64,000 bases of DNA from Candidatus Thorarchaeota archaeon. Lineage in GTDB: Archaea; Asgardarchaeota; Thorarchaeia; Thorarchaeales; Thorarchaeaceae. The DNA is taken from contig RDOC01000001.1 in NCBI GenBank assembly GCA_011364985.1, forward strand, positions 192,001 to 256,000. The letters are read 5' to 3'. The position numbers and the translations under genes are program-made. Shown piece after piece: positions 1 to 10,298 of the stretch. A model generated the notes under the pieces. It worked only from the letters and a program-made list of their open reading frames with translations. It was not told where the DNA came from and did not search any database. The first letter of the stretch is position 1; every line of letters starts with the position of its first letter.

Positions 1-33
1 AAAAAGAAGAGAAAAGGGAGAATCTTCTTCTTC
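1..33 (-). terminator. Pyrimidine/T-rich tract downstream of the 42..797 gene (possible archaeal terminator)
   Basis: The minus strand reads ...TTCTCCCTTTTCTCTTCTTTTT shortly after the stop of the last gene of a 4-gene run. It is truncated by the window edge. Confidence 0.4.
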
Positions 34-41
34 AAAGCGTA

Positions 42-797
42 CTAGTGGACCTCGATATCTACTTCGCCAATGTCAGTTGTTGCAGTGACTGTGACAGTCT
101 GGCTGGCTGTGTCGTAATCAGACGACTCATAGTGGCTGGACGTGAGTTCATGCCAGCCAAGAGCATCAATATCAACTGCACCGATTTCAGTTACCGCTTC
201 AACGCTACCTCCGATGCCTGCAGGCAAATCAAGGTCAATCTCTATTGCGCCTATACTGGTTTCAAAGGCGAAGTCAGGACTTCCAATAATAACAATATCG
301 TCAGTCATTGAGAACTCGATGGCACCTGCATCGGTCGTGATTGAGATATCACTTACGTTTGCCCCGCTTGCTAAGGCGCAGGTTACAGCACCTGCTGTTG
401 TTGTTATGTCAAGGGTGTAGTTTGTACCGCTGCCCAAAGTGATGTTCACTGCACCTGCAGTATATTTGTATATAATCGTATTAGATGCGTAACTAACAGT
501 TGGGGGACCTTTCTCTTGGACGGTCGCGTTGTCCACAGCAATGTCGATCTCATAGAGAAGTGTTGTATTCTCCACAAACTCAATATTGACTGACCCAGCA
601 GTCAAATCTACATCCAAGGTTACAAGTCCTGAAGTTGTGTCTACGACCTCATCAAACGAGTAGTAGACTGTTTCTCCAGGGCCGACAAACCAATGACTGG
701 GCCCGTAGAAAGACAGAACTCCAACCACGACTGCGCTTCCAATCAGCACAGCTAGTATACACAGAACCATTCCAGTATTTCGTTGATATTCACTCAT
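42..797 (-). CDS. Membrane-anchored beta-strand-repeat protein (DUF4097/Toastrack/adhesin-like)
   Basis: N-terminal TM helix, then repeated 'T.AG.V.I' units (LTAGSVNI, TAGAVNI, TAGAVTC, DAGAIEF, SIGAIEI, EIGAVDI, DIGEVDI). Confidence 0.7.
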   Translation of the reverse strand: MSEYQRNTGMVLCILAVLIGSAVVVGVLSFYGPSHWFVGPGETVYYSFDEVVDTTSGLVTLDVDLTAGSVNIEFVENTTLLYEIDIAVDNATVQEKGPPTVSYASNTIIYKYTAGAVNITLGSGTNYTLDITTTAGAVTCALASGANVSDISITTDAGAIEFSMTDDIVIIGSPDFAFETSIGAIEIDLDLPAGIGGSVEAVTEIGAVDIDALGWHELTSSHYESSDYDTASQTVTVTATTDIGEVDIEVH

Positions 798-1434
798 TTT
801 CTATACCTACCTTTCGATGCGATCGGAGAAAGCCGTGCCACTCCTCTCGCAGCCGTTGATATTCCGAATCTTCTTCCAGAGAGAGGCGACGCATGATTCG
901 GGATGCATCACCCCTTACTGCGGGAGGAAGTGCTTGATAGGCTCTTTCATTCGAAATTGGCAGATTCGAGCTTACAACATTCTCCCGCTCTATTAGCCTC
1001 CTAAGAATGTCCACCGCCTTCTTCATCTGAGACTCTGGAATCTCTATACCATAGACGGAGAGGCTGGATATTGTGGACGTGAGGCGGTCTCTTGCAAACT
1101 GGGCTACGCCACCGTTTGCTTCCATCATCCCACTGATTCCTAATCTGTACTCTCGAGCCGTTGCACGATAGTATCTTTGCACAATACCAGTAGGTGTTTG
1201 TTCAGTACGTTCCTGAACTACAAGGCCCGCTTCCTGAAGTTTCTGAATGTGATGAAGTATTGTTCCAGGATTCTTGCCTGTGGCATCAGATAGTTGCTTT
1301 ACTGTCATTGATCCATTGACCAAGTAGTTGAAGACAATCTTTGCCCTGGTTTCTTCAAAGAGAATCTTGATGGCATTAGTATCCGAAATAATTTCAAGGT
1401 CCTTCATTGGCGGGACAGAATCAATCGTTTCCAT
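790..1434 (-). CDS. ArsR-like winged-helix transcriptional regulator
   Basis: 'MTVKQLSDATGKNPGTILHHIQKLQEAGLV..ERT...GIVQRYYRATA' is a typical archaeal HTH_20/ArsR wHTH. It overlaps the start of the next gene. Confidence 0.85.
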   Translation of the reverse strand: METIDSVPPMKDLEIISDTNAIKILFEETRAKIVFNYLVNGSMTVKQLSDATGKNPGTILHHIQKLQEAGLVVQERTEQTPTGIVQRYYRATAREYRLGISGMMEANGGVAQFARDRLTSTISSLSVYGIEIPESQMKKAVDILRRLIERENVVSSNLPISNERAYQALPPAVRGDASRIMRRLSLEEDSEYQRLREEWHGFLRSHRKVGIENE

Positions 1435-1437
1435 TAA

Positions 1438-2367
1438 TCACACGCCCCCTATGAAACTCAAATCAGGGTCTCCCGGTTCTTGGACGGTGACCTCAATCCC
1501 ACTAAAGATTAGGTAGAGCCGGTTCGAAGCTATGACTAATGCAGGAAAGTAAAGAAGCAACAGGAATACTGCTAAGGGCAATGTCATTATTCCAATTACA
1601 ATCGCTCCTGCTTCTCCCAGAACCTCGAATCCTGCAAGTGGAGGAACAATGCAGATTACCAACATTCCTAAGAAGCTAAGCCAAAGCGAAAAGACCCTGT
1701 CGAAGTGCCTAATACTTAGCCTGAAGGACTCTTTGAATGCATCAAACACTGAAAGGCCATCGATGACAGCTGGAAATACCATTAAAGACAATCCAAGGCT
1801 TATTACCAACCAGAGCCCCGAAATGGTAGCAATCACTGCATTGAGAATATTCGGCAACTCAAACCCTATTATGGCAAATGCAGTACCATAGAGCATTAAC
1901 AGGGGCAGCAATACAATAAGTAGGAGCAAAATGCCAGTACCGGCCAGGGAGAAGAACTCCTTTCTGTACCATACAAAGACACCTTCAGCTGTTGTGCCCT
2001 CGCTTTCAACAATCTCACGCCCCATGCCAAAGAGAGCCCCGATGGCAATGAAGAAGGGACTTGCGATGATTGCAATAATGAACGCCATCGCTCCAAATGC
2101 CGCAGGATTCATTATGCTACCCGAAGTGAATACATCTTCGAGTACAACTCCTAGATTCATGAAGTAGATTGCGAGTCCTTCCCATCCTCCAAGTAAAATC
2201 AGCATTGGGATAAAAGCAGCTATCATGAAGAGTACGAGTACCACAACGGACACCAACACAACCCCAATCGTCCCAAGTAGAAAGGAAATGATGTTCTTGG
2301 CGGCAAACTTGAAACTTACCTTTAGGTCCTCCACTAATGCCCCGAAACTCGCGTTTTTGTTACTCAT
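1438..2367 (-). CDS. Multi-pass membrane protein, tandem paralog of 2439..3347
   Basis: About 6 hydrophobic helices. Shares AE..F.W.R, MVFPA, DAFKESF and F(D/E)RV motifs with its neighbour. Confidence 0.8.
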   Translation of the reverse strand: MSNKNASFGALVEDLKVSFKFAAKNIISFLLGTIGVVLVSVVVLVLFMIAAFIPMLILLGGWEGLAIYFMNLGVVLEDVFTSGSIMNPAAFGAMAFIIAIIASPFFIAIGALFGMGREIVESEGTTAEGVFVWYRKEFFSLAGTGILLLLIVLLPLLMLYGTAFAIIGFELPNILNAVIATISGLWLVISLGLSLMVFPAVIDGLSVFDAFKESFRLSIRHFDRVFSLWLSFLGMLVICIVPPLAGFEVLGEAGAIVIGIMTLPLAVFLLLLYFPALVIASNRLYLIFSGIEVTVQEPGDPDLSFIGGV

Positions 2368-2438
2368 TTTTTTACCTCAAGAAAGGATTGAGAGTGCCCC
2401 GTTGAAAAATCATTCGAGGCACTCTCGACAACAGCCAC

Positions 2439-3347
2439 CTACACAAGTGGAAGAGGCGGGGGCTGTTGCTTAGCCACCTGACCACCGGCCATCTCGGCAT
2501 AGACTTTCACAAATGATATAATTGCCATTGGTAGGAACCAAAGGATCCAGAGAAACATCATGACCACAGTGTAGACCATTATAGTGACGGCCAATGGATT
2601 GGCGATATGGACCAAAGTTGGCACGGCTGGGAGAATCAAGCCCCATGCAATGGCGGGACCAAGGGATGCGGCAAAGAGGAGAAGAATACCAGAGAGCAAT
2701 CCATAGACTCGCTCAAACTGTGTTCTTGCCAAGTGAAAAGATTCCTTGAAGGCATCCTGAACGTCCTTGCCGTAGGTGATAGCAGGGAAGACCATTGCGC
2801 ACAGGCCCACTGTGAGGAAGACCCAGACAAAGGTCACAACAGAGAGGATCGAGGAGAGGAGGAGATCGATTGAATAGCCTGAGAGAATGGAAGCTGAACC
2901 CCAGAGAACCAATGGAGGGATAATAATAATGACAGTTAGTAGCACTCCAGCTCCAGCAAACGTCAGGAACTTGTGTCTAAACCAGCTGAAAGCTCGCTCC
3001 GCCTTGGTCTCACCATTTGCCACCAGATCCTTGCTCATGCCATAGACAGACGCGATGAACGTGAATAGAAAGGAGATAATGGGTATGAGTACCAATAGCC
3101 CAACACCTCCAACAACCCAGGGATTAGCCTGAGTCCATGCTGCTGCGGCTGCCTCATTAAAGCCTTCAAAGTTGAACCCGAAGATAAGAAAACCAGCTGC
3201 AGCCAGAGGAATTGCTGTTATGACCGCTAGGACAACAAGGAGAATCAGAAGTCCGATGTTCGCAAGGAAATAGCTAAGCATGCTACTCCTGGCAAGCTTC
3301 AGACTCGACTTCATATCATCAATAATCGTGTTGAAACTCGTAGACAT
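2439..3347 (-). CDS. Multi-pass membrane protein, tandem paralog of 1438..2367
   Basis: Likely start MSTSFNTII (ATG 3347), which aligns with the paralog N-terminus. Same shared motifs. Confidence 0.8.
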   Translation of the reverse strand: MSTSFNTIIDDMKSSLKLARSSMLSYFLANIGLLILLVVLAVITAIPLAAAGFLIFGFNFEGFNEAAAAAWTQANPWVVGGVGLLVLIPIISFLFTFIASVYGMSKDLVANGETKAERAFSWFRHKFLTFAGAGVLLTVIIIIPPLVLWGSASILSGYSIDLLLSSILSVVTFVWVFLTVGLCAMVFPAITYGKDVQDAFKESFHLARTQFERVYGLLSGILLLFAASLGPAIAWGLILPAVPTLVHIANPLAVTIMVYTVVMMFLWILWFLPMAIISFVKVYAEMAGGQVAKQQPPPLPLV

Positions 3348-3401
3348 TTCGTTTCGCCATAATTGTTTGTTACAGGCATACGTACGCACATTTACTTATT
3401 A

Positions 3402-3425
3402 AATGTTTGGTTATTGTCAAACATT
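3402..3425. promoter_or_regulatory. Inverted repeat AATGTTTG-N8-CAAACATT, candidate operator upstream of the membrane-membrane-ArsR-DUF4097 operon
   Basis: Perfect 8-bp inverted repeat in an AT-rich intergenic region about 55 bp upstream of the operon start. Further CAAAC half-sites lie at about 3432-3463. Confidence 0.45.
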
Positions 3426-3532
3426 AAACACCAAACGAATCTATGAGTATCAAACGTCAAACATCAGAAGCAGATTTGGGGCTTTAGTAAGTGTAAGCCT
3501 GAGGTCGCATGAGACGCTCAGGAATTGACATC

Positions 3533-3990
3533 ATGAAAAAGGTACTAGTATTCTACGGCACGAAATTTGAGAACACTAAATAACTTGCTTCGGGAATTGC
3601 ACTAAGCATTCAGAAGCCTAGAGAGATCACACAAAGGTGTAGAGCATTGATGATTTTTGACCGAGAAACAAATGCTTTCGACGAAGTGCTATTTGGTTAT
3701 CCATTCCATGTCTTTCATGTGACTCGTGGGATGCTGTCTGCCATTAAGAAAGCAGCAAAGAATGGACCTAGCGGAAAGCCTGTAGCTACATTTGAAACGT
3801 ATATAGAAGCACCATACGAAGGCAACTCCAAAGATGGAGGAAACACTGACAAAGAAGAACACAGATACTAGATTTGTGGATCCAAGATTCTTGGCTCTGA
3901 TCGACAATTAAGAAAACCCACTCCATGAAGCTCACATCCTGATGCCAACATCTTTGGGGGGAGATTTGGTAAGAGGCTACTTGCTTCTTA
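3533..3990 (+). pseudogene. Flavodoxin-family pseudogene
   Basis: ATG 3533 gives MKKVLVFYGTKFENTK*LASGIA, a flavodoxin N-terminal FMN loop with an in-frame TAA at 3581. The frame continues FDEVLFGYPFH...GKPVATFETY, followed by an apparent frameshift near 3820 and a further stop. Confidence 0.7.
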
Positions 3991-4060
3991 GTGTTCTAAG
4001 AAATGAGATAATGCCTCAATAGCTCCAATAGACTACTGCATGCTACAAACGATTTGGTTT

Positions 4061-4576
4061 CTAGACCATGTCATCAGGTTGTGCGATTTCTTCCGATTTC
4101 TCTTTGCTAGTTACTGGTTCCTCTTCCGTCTGGGCTTTCTTCTCTTTGTCCTTCTTTTCAAGAATGTCAGAGAATGACTCCATCAGGGGTGCATTACCGT
4201 ACTGAAGTGCCAGGGGTACTGCACTAAAGAGGATGAGGACTGCTCCAATGACACTCAGCGCATTGCCTAGAATTGGGATGAACGCTAGGTATAGGCCCAC
4301 AAGATAAATCAGTATACCAATAATCAGCCCGGGCCAAGCCATGGTAAGGGGACGCTTGAGGGCCGAGGCCGCTGTGGCCAAGCATGTTAGCACGAATCCA
4401 GCCGTCATAAAGATGGGCTGAATGAATGGGATATACGGAGCAGCAAACCAAATCACCGCACCAATCACGATGAGAATGAAGTTTGGGTCTTTTACTAATT
4501 CGTTGAAGGGAACTTCTATGTCTGATGCCTTCAATCTAGTTACACCGCTATTAACAAGGAAAGAAAGTGTTATCAT
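4061..4576 (-). CDS. Small 4-TM membrane protein with charged C-tail
   Basis: Two similar TM hairpins (YIPFIQP / FIPILG) and an acidic/lysine-rich tail. Confidence 0.7.
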   Translation of the reverse strand: MITLSFLVNSGVTRLKASDIEVPFNELVKDPNFILIVIGAVIWFAAPYIPFIQPIFMTAGFVLTCLATAASALKRPLTMAWPGLIIGILIYLVGLYLAFIPILGNALSVIGAVLILFSAVPLALQYGNAPLMESFSDILEKKDKEKKAQTEEEPVTSKEKSEEIAQPDDMV

Positions 4577-4988
4577 TCTTTCCCCGAGTTCTGACGATTA
4601 TGACATGACTTGAAAAACTCAATATCAGCATGGAATTGTTCGGTATGCATACTTAGGAGGAACTACCCTGAAGACATCAGACATTCTTTTTATCCCTCTT
4701 CTCTGTGCAGGTGTGCTGTTACTATTCCTTGTACAAACACAGCTTATCACAGTACAGATCTTAGGAGACCTTGTAGAACGATGCAATACTCTAACGAGCC
4801 CTCAAGATTTTGGTAATCCAAGCGACTACCATGGTGTTGACATTCTGCCATCAGAGCATTATAATCTCCGCGTTGAGTCAGTTCGTGATTCAGCTGTGTA
4901 CACATCGTCTTATACTATAATATGAACGGATTTCGTTTCATCGGAATCACTGATGCCGCCGCAAGAGGCGTAGTAAGAGAACACATTG

Positions 4989-5174
4989 TCAGAAGGGGAG
5001 GGATTTTGTCTCACCAGATAGCATCATAGATAAATCAGCATAGAAGGGTCTGGCTGATTGCTCTCGGCAAGATCTTTCCTCTATTCTTCTCATCCAAGAA
5101 GTTCTGTCAGATTCGCGTTTTGAAAAAAAAGGAAGAATGTCGTGCGGTTTGCACGACGCTTTACTAAAACTCAT
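4989..5174 (-). CDS. Possible small protein (61 aa)
   Basis: The ATG is preceded by AGGAG and lies 6 nt after the stop of the 5181..5294 ORF. No recognisable homology. Confidence 0.3.
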   Translation of the reverse strand: MSFSKASCKPHDILPFFSKRESDRTSWMRRIEERSCREQSARPFYADLSMMLSGETKSLPF

Positions 5175-5180
5175 TCGTTC

Positions 5181-5294
5181 CTATCTCCTGAATGAGACTC
5201 TGTAGAGTTCAACGCGAACATCGTTCTTGAACTTCATGTAGTCTGACATATCAGGTTCGGGCTTAGTTGTTTTATCTTGCTTTGCAAATGCCAT
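5181..5294 (-). CDS. Possible small protein (37 aa, MAFAKQDKTTKPEPDMSDYMKFKNDVRVELYRVSFRR)
   Basis: Translated by hand. Protein-like composition and tandem arrangement with 4989..5174. Confidence 0.35.
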   Translation of the reverse strand: MAFAKQDKTTKPEPDMSDYMKFKNDVRVELYRVSFRR

Positions 5295-5491
5295 TTTGAT
5301 TCACATGCCATGCTCGTACGTTGACACATATCTAGTCACGGTAGCCAAGTGGTTCACTAAATAGAAGAAAACGATCAGAAAGATGCCGGTTTCCGAAGCA
5401 ATTGGTTATGAAAAGCGCAGGTCAGCATCTGGTACGAAATGGATGAGGGCTCAATGCAGCCTGCGCCGGACTAGAAGTAGCTACTTCTAGA

Positions 5492-5875
5492 TTAGAAGGA
5501 CATGAGAAAGCGATGCCATACCACACTCAGTCGACTATAGCCCGGGTCCATCTGAAACATGAGGATTTGCATGGTCCGATCAGTTCGGATTCTCATCTCC
5601 AAAGGAATTCTTTGAATGCGAGTCGGAATTAACACTTTAACAACACACCCGTTCCGTATTATTCCCTCAACAAGCGCTTCTACATCTTCCATTCTTCCAT
5701 CAGAGATATAGATTCCATATGCTCCAAGAGCACGCAGGATTTCGATGATACTGGCTTCTACCACAGGTCTTGATTCCGATTTTGCCTAAGCAACGGCCTC
5801 GTCACGCAAGTGATACTTCCTCGCTATGGCACGACAGCATTTTGGTACAACCCTTGTCGTTGTCCGCTCAGTACA
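5492..5875 (-). pseudogene. 5'-truncated pseudogene paralog of the ArsR regulator at 790..1434
   Basis: TERTTTRVVPKCCRAIARKYHL...*...LGAYGIYISDGRM...YSRLSVVWHRFLMS aligns with TEQTPTGIVQRYYRATAREYRL...LSVYGIEIPESQM...YQRLREEWHGFLRS. In-frame TAG at 5786-5788, and the HTH is missing. Confidence 0.75.
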
Positions 5876-6116
5876 AGGATTCAGACAATAAATGAGAGGA
5901 ATGGTGAATAGGATCACGCCAAAAAAGGAGCTTTCGGGGAGATGCTGTGAGAGAAGATTCGCAACAGTATTCACGCCATTGTATTGCCTATTCACCTGCA
6001 GATAGAAAACACACTTCTCCTAATAACCGAAGTCATAGTCCAAATCTCGTACCAGGTTCAACACACATAATAGGAAAGCCTGATTCTGGAATCATGAAGC
6101 ATAAGGAGGGAGCACT

Positions 6117-8143
6117 CTGAAGTCAAGATACTTACTCGTTCTTCTCCTGCTCATCCTTGAGTCAAACCTTCCAGTCATGATATCGTTTGAACAAGTCAGC
6201 GCACAATCTCCCGGAGACTTGGTTCATCCCGGTGACGCCATGGTAGGGGAATTGACCAAGGAGAACGACAAGGACTTCTTTGGAATCCAGATTAGTTCAC
6301 CGGGTCTGTACAACTTCACACTGGAATCGTTGGGACAAACCTCCGCCGTAGCTTACTTCCGTTCTTACGAGGGAGGATACCCTTACTCAGGAGGCGCTTC
6401 GATAACGTCCAATGGTCAAGAATCGTAGATATTCATCCAGACCAATTAGGAGAACGCTTTACCTATCAAATCGTAATATACGGTGAGCTTTGGTGGAAGG
6501 CAATCTTTCCAGTAGCATACACCATGCGATTTGTTTTATTGTCAGATATTGATATTGCTGCAATCAGCGTACCAATATCCCATGATTTTCGCCAAGATGG
6601 GGAGTATAAGTGGTTCCTATTACAAACTGGGCAGAACCGCCTCTTTCCCACAATGCAAGCTTACAAATTCAGACTAGACAGCAATGAATCAGGACTAGTG
6701 GACTGGTGCTTTTATCAAAAGAATGGATTAATCCACAGCTATGGGTCAGCACTTCCTAACCGAACAAACGTGGCTCTCTTGGATGCAGCTGAGTACTACT
6801 TCTGTATGGTAAGTCATTCAGCGTTGCCGCGTACAGTCACGGCTTTCTTCAAGCCCACCGAGCTGGAGATTTTGGAACCCGGAGAGTCATTGAAGGTCAA
6901 TATGCTCCAAGCAGTAGAGGCGCAACAACGAACGTTCTATCAACTAAGTCTTCTCCAAGGAGTTCACTATGAAATCTCTGCCAACTGTGAAGCAAGTATG
7001 GATGTAGCATTCAAGATATACAAAGGACCTGCAACCGGTGCAATATCACTCGATTTCTCTGATGGGGGATATGGTGAAACGGAGATCGTCACTGATCTGA
7101 TTCTTTGGGGTCAATTCTCTTCCTATTCCTCTGGGAGGAGAAGACCTGAAGAACCAGGTGGAGCTGAGTCACAATTGGAAACAGGGTGGAATGGAGACAT
7201 TATCGATCATTCACGAATGATTCTCGAATTGCTAGTAGAGTCAGGAGAGGGAGATGTTACGTTGGCCGTCACTCAAAGTGTAGAAGCACCAATAGTTACG
7301 GTAGGCAGTAGTATCGCATGTCCATTGGACAACTATGAAGGGCCCTATTGGTATCTCTTCCAATTGATGGACCTTCAAGGGATGACCGTCTACGACATAA
7401 CCCTGAACCATTCCGCTGGTCTGGCCACATCGTATTCTGTCTTTCAATCCATGAGATTCGATCAGAGCTATCTGTATAATGAAAGGCAATGGTTGGATGA
7501 AAAAAGCAGAACATATGTGGAAAGAAGACAGGACTATGATGTCCATGTGTTATGGGACAGCTACGACCCCGGGGGAAGCCAGACTTATTTGGTGTATCAG
7601 CCGATGGCAGGAAACCAATGGCTTCTTGTTGAAGTGCCAAATATTGATATCTCATCCCGTTTGACCGGAGAAATCAATGTCTCAATAAAGGCATCACCAC
7701 ATTTCGACGCAACGATGGGTAATAGTCAACATATTGATGTCAAGGAGAATCAAGCTGCTGTGTTGCGAATACCACTCGAAAGCAGTCACACCTATGGCAT
7801 TGAGATTACAGCTATTAATGGGAGCAGCTATGCAGACTGTGCGCTGTACAATGAGAGCGGGTTCTTCCTGACTGGTCAATTCGAATACTTATGGTATTAT
7901 ACTCCAAGGCAAAAAAATGAAGATGTGAGATACAGGTGTTACTACATTGCATCGACTGGATTGCATGCGTTCATAATTTCAGGCGATGGCGATGCTCCCG
8001 TAACTGTGAGGATATTTGAACTCGGGCAGGCAATACCTATCGATCTGACCATTACATTCTTGGGTATGATAGGTGCTGCTTCAGGGGGTATTGTTGTCGG
8101 CGTCCTAATTGGAAGGAGAAAGTACGGTCCAGTGATAAAGTGA
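6117..8143 (+). pseudogene. Frameshifted cell-surface protein (signal peptide, beta-sandwich/PPC-like repeats, C-terminal TM anchor)
   Basis: AGGAGG then CTG 6117 gives the signal peptide (M)KSRYLLVLLLLIL. Frame 1 stops at 6428, while the frame of the 6524..8143 ORF is open upstream through about 6365-6520, so a single -1 shift joins them. It ends in a TM helix plus RRK. This may be a real mutation or an assembly indel. Confidence 0.65.
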
Positions 8144-8183
8144 AATAAGAGAATTGCCAACTCTAAAATCAATAATCAGGAAA

Positions 8184-8216
8184 GGGCCTGCTGCATCCAC
8201 ATTTGCAGCAGGGCCC
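8184..8216. terminator. GC-rich hairpin between convergent genes
   Basis: GGGCCTGCTGCA-loop-TGCAGCAGGGCCC, about 12-bp stem with one bulge. Confidence 0.4.
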
Positions 8217-8380
8217 GCGGAAGAGAGGAGTAGGGAAATCTGCAAGGTTTCTTTAACTCTAATCCTGAATGGCGAAAATCATATTTTCATCGAAGACATT
8301 TCGGAAACTCAAATAATCATATAGTGTATGACGACTTTCCTAAATAATAGCTATCATTAAAGCAGGCCAAACGGTTCAAT

Positions 8381-10189
8381 TCATACGGACTCGTAGCGGG
8401 ACTGAACAAGTTCTCTAAGGTCACTAAGAAAGCGTTCCGCCTGCTTGGTACCAAGCTCCCAAAATGCAGGGTCAGAAATATCATAACCAAACTCAAGTAA
8501 TTGGTCATGAGGACTTTGGCTACCGCCCTTGGAAAGCAGCTTCTTGAATCGTTCTACAAATGTAGAACCTTCCTGCTTATAGGTCTCGTAGAGGGCAAAG
8601 ACCAGCATCTGTGCAAAGCAGTAGCTATAATTGTAGAAACGGAAGTTAGGTTTGTAAAAATGGGGAATTCGTGCCCATTCATAGTCGATGTAATCTGCTT
8701 CTGCCCAATCCACAGTCTCGCCAAAGATCTCTCTTCTAGCCTCACTCCACAAGATACACGCAGCATCGGCATCGATAACCTTCCCGGCTTCAATCGCCTC
8801 ATACACTTTCTTCTCAAAGAATGCTCTGACACCGACATAGTAGACTATATAGAAGAAGCGGGTTAGCAGTTCTCCAAGTGTTTCGATTTTCTGTTCCCTC
8901 GATTCAGCCAGTGAGAGTAGTCTCTCGGAGAGTAGCAGCTCTCCAAAGACGCTGCCCATTTCTGCCATACAATGACCCGGGGACCTGCTTAGTACTGATT
9001 GTGCATGCAGAGCATAGTGTCCTTGAACAGCATGCCCATTCTCATGAGTAAGAGTGAATATGTCGCTCAGGGAGTTGTCATAAGTTGTCTGTATGAAAGA
9101 AGTCTTCGCATGGAACCAATAGGTACAGAATGCCCCGCTACGTTTTCCAACACGACTGGCAGCGTCAACCCGTTTCCCATCAAACATGTTTTTTACTATT
9201 GTCCCCATCTCTTCATCAAATGAGCTATATGCATCAATCACCATTTTCTTAGCCATGGGCCATTCAAGGGACCAGTCTGACTTCACAGTCATTGGAGCAA
9301 TGACATCAAATCCTGCCAACTTCTCAAGTCCTAGAACTCTGCCTTTAAGCCTCAGAAACTCTCGATATTTGCCAGCAGTATTCTTGATTGCAGAAAGGAG
9401 ACTCTCTATCGTCTTTTCATCCACATCTTGATCTAGAAGGCTCTGTGTCATTGAAGACGGCATTCCCCTTCTCTTTGTCATGGAGAAATGGTCTGCACAG
9501 ATTGAACGCAGTGCATAGGCATGTAGAAGACCATCATCATGAAGGCTCTTGTACTCCATTGCTGATGCCATTTTGCGAATATTCCGGTTCGGATTACTTC
9601 TCAGAGCACTGAGTGAGGAGTATGGCAGTATCTTTTTCTCACCATCAATCTCAACTTCATATTTCTTTCTCGATACCCATGTTTGCCTCAATTCTTCAAA
9701 GAGAAAGATGCCATAGAGGTCCTTTGATACAATGATTCTCTCTTCATCATCGGATAGTCGATATGGAAGCCAAGCTGCCAGTTTCTCAAGCCAGTGACGA
9801 TGCCGAGCAAGGGCAGCGTTTTCGAGCAAGTCTGGGGATTCATGTGCTACCTTTCCTAGTCGGATGTACAACGGTTTCTCTATCTGCTCGAATTTCCTGC
9901 GCGCTTCTTCTCCCCATTGCCTCAGCTGGATGGAGATCCTATCTTGACTATTTGCAGAAAAACTCAATCTGCAATAAAGATTCAAATCCATGAATCTGGC
10001 ATAGAGCTGTTCGTACTCATCAATGAACATCTTCAGGGCATGTGGGTTCATTGATTCGATTTCATCCATGTATTTGCGGGAAAAAGACTCCGCTTCCTCA
10101 ATCGTCTCCTGAAGCATATCATGAACTTCATCTGGAGATGCACCGTTGACAATCTGAGAGAGATCCCATGACATATTGTTGTCAGACAT
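8381..10189 (-). CDS. pepF: Oligoendopeptidase F (M3B family)
   Basis: N-terminal WDLS, GKRSGAFC, zinc motif HENGH, AEMGS, WARIPHFY...FYNYSYCF. Likely start is MSDNN. Confidence 0.93.
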   Translation of the reverse strand: MSDNNMSWDLSQIVNGASPDEVHDMLQETIEEAESFSRKYMDEIESMNPHALKMFIDEYEQLYARFMDLNLYCRLSFSANSQDRISIQLRQWGEEARRKFEQIEKPLYIRLGKVAHESPDLLENAALARHRHWLEKLAAWLPYRLSDDEERIIVSKDLYGIFLFEELRQTWVSRKKYEVEIDGEKKILPYSSLSALRSNPNRNIRKMASAMEYKSLHDDGLLHAYALRSICADHFSMTKRRGMPSSMTQSLLDQDVDEKTIESLLSAIKNTAGKYREFLRLKGRVLGLEKLAGFDVIAPMTVKSDWSLEWPMAKKMVIDAYSSFDEEMGTIVKNMFDGKRVDAASRVGKRSGAFCTYWFHAKTSFIQTTYDNSLSDIFTLTHENGHAVQGHYALHAQSVLSRSPGHCMAEMGSVFGELLLSERLLSLAESREQKIETLGELLTRFFYIVYYVGVRAFFEKKVYEAIEAGKVIDADAACILWSEARREIFGETVDWAEADYIDYEWARIPHFYKPNFRFYNYSYCFAQMLVFALYETYKQEGSTFVERFKKLLSKGGSQSPHDQLLEFGYDISDPAFWELGTKQAERFLSDLRELVQSRYESV

Positions 10190-10298
10190 CGCCGTAACCC
10201 GAATCGGCTGGGTTCCGTGCCCCAATAAAAGAACTCCTTTATGGCAGGTTTCCGGTAAGCGCTAAGTTAAATTCGCGCAGAAAACACTGGCATCAACA

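Noticed and set aside
8184-8216. SECIS element or tRNA fragment
   Set aside because: A simple hairpin with no AUGA/GA quartet or cloverleaf, and no neighbouring TGA-containing gene.
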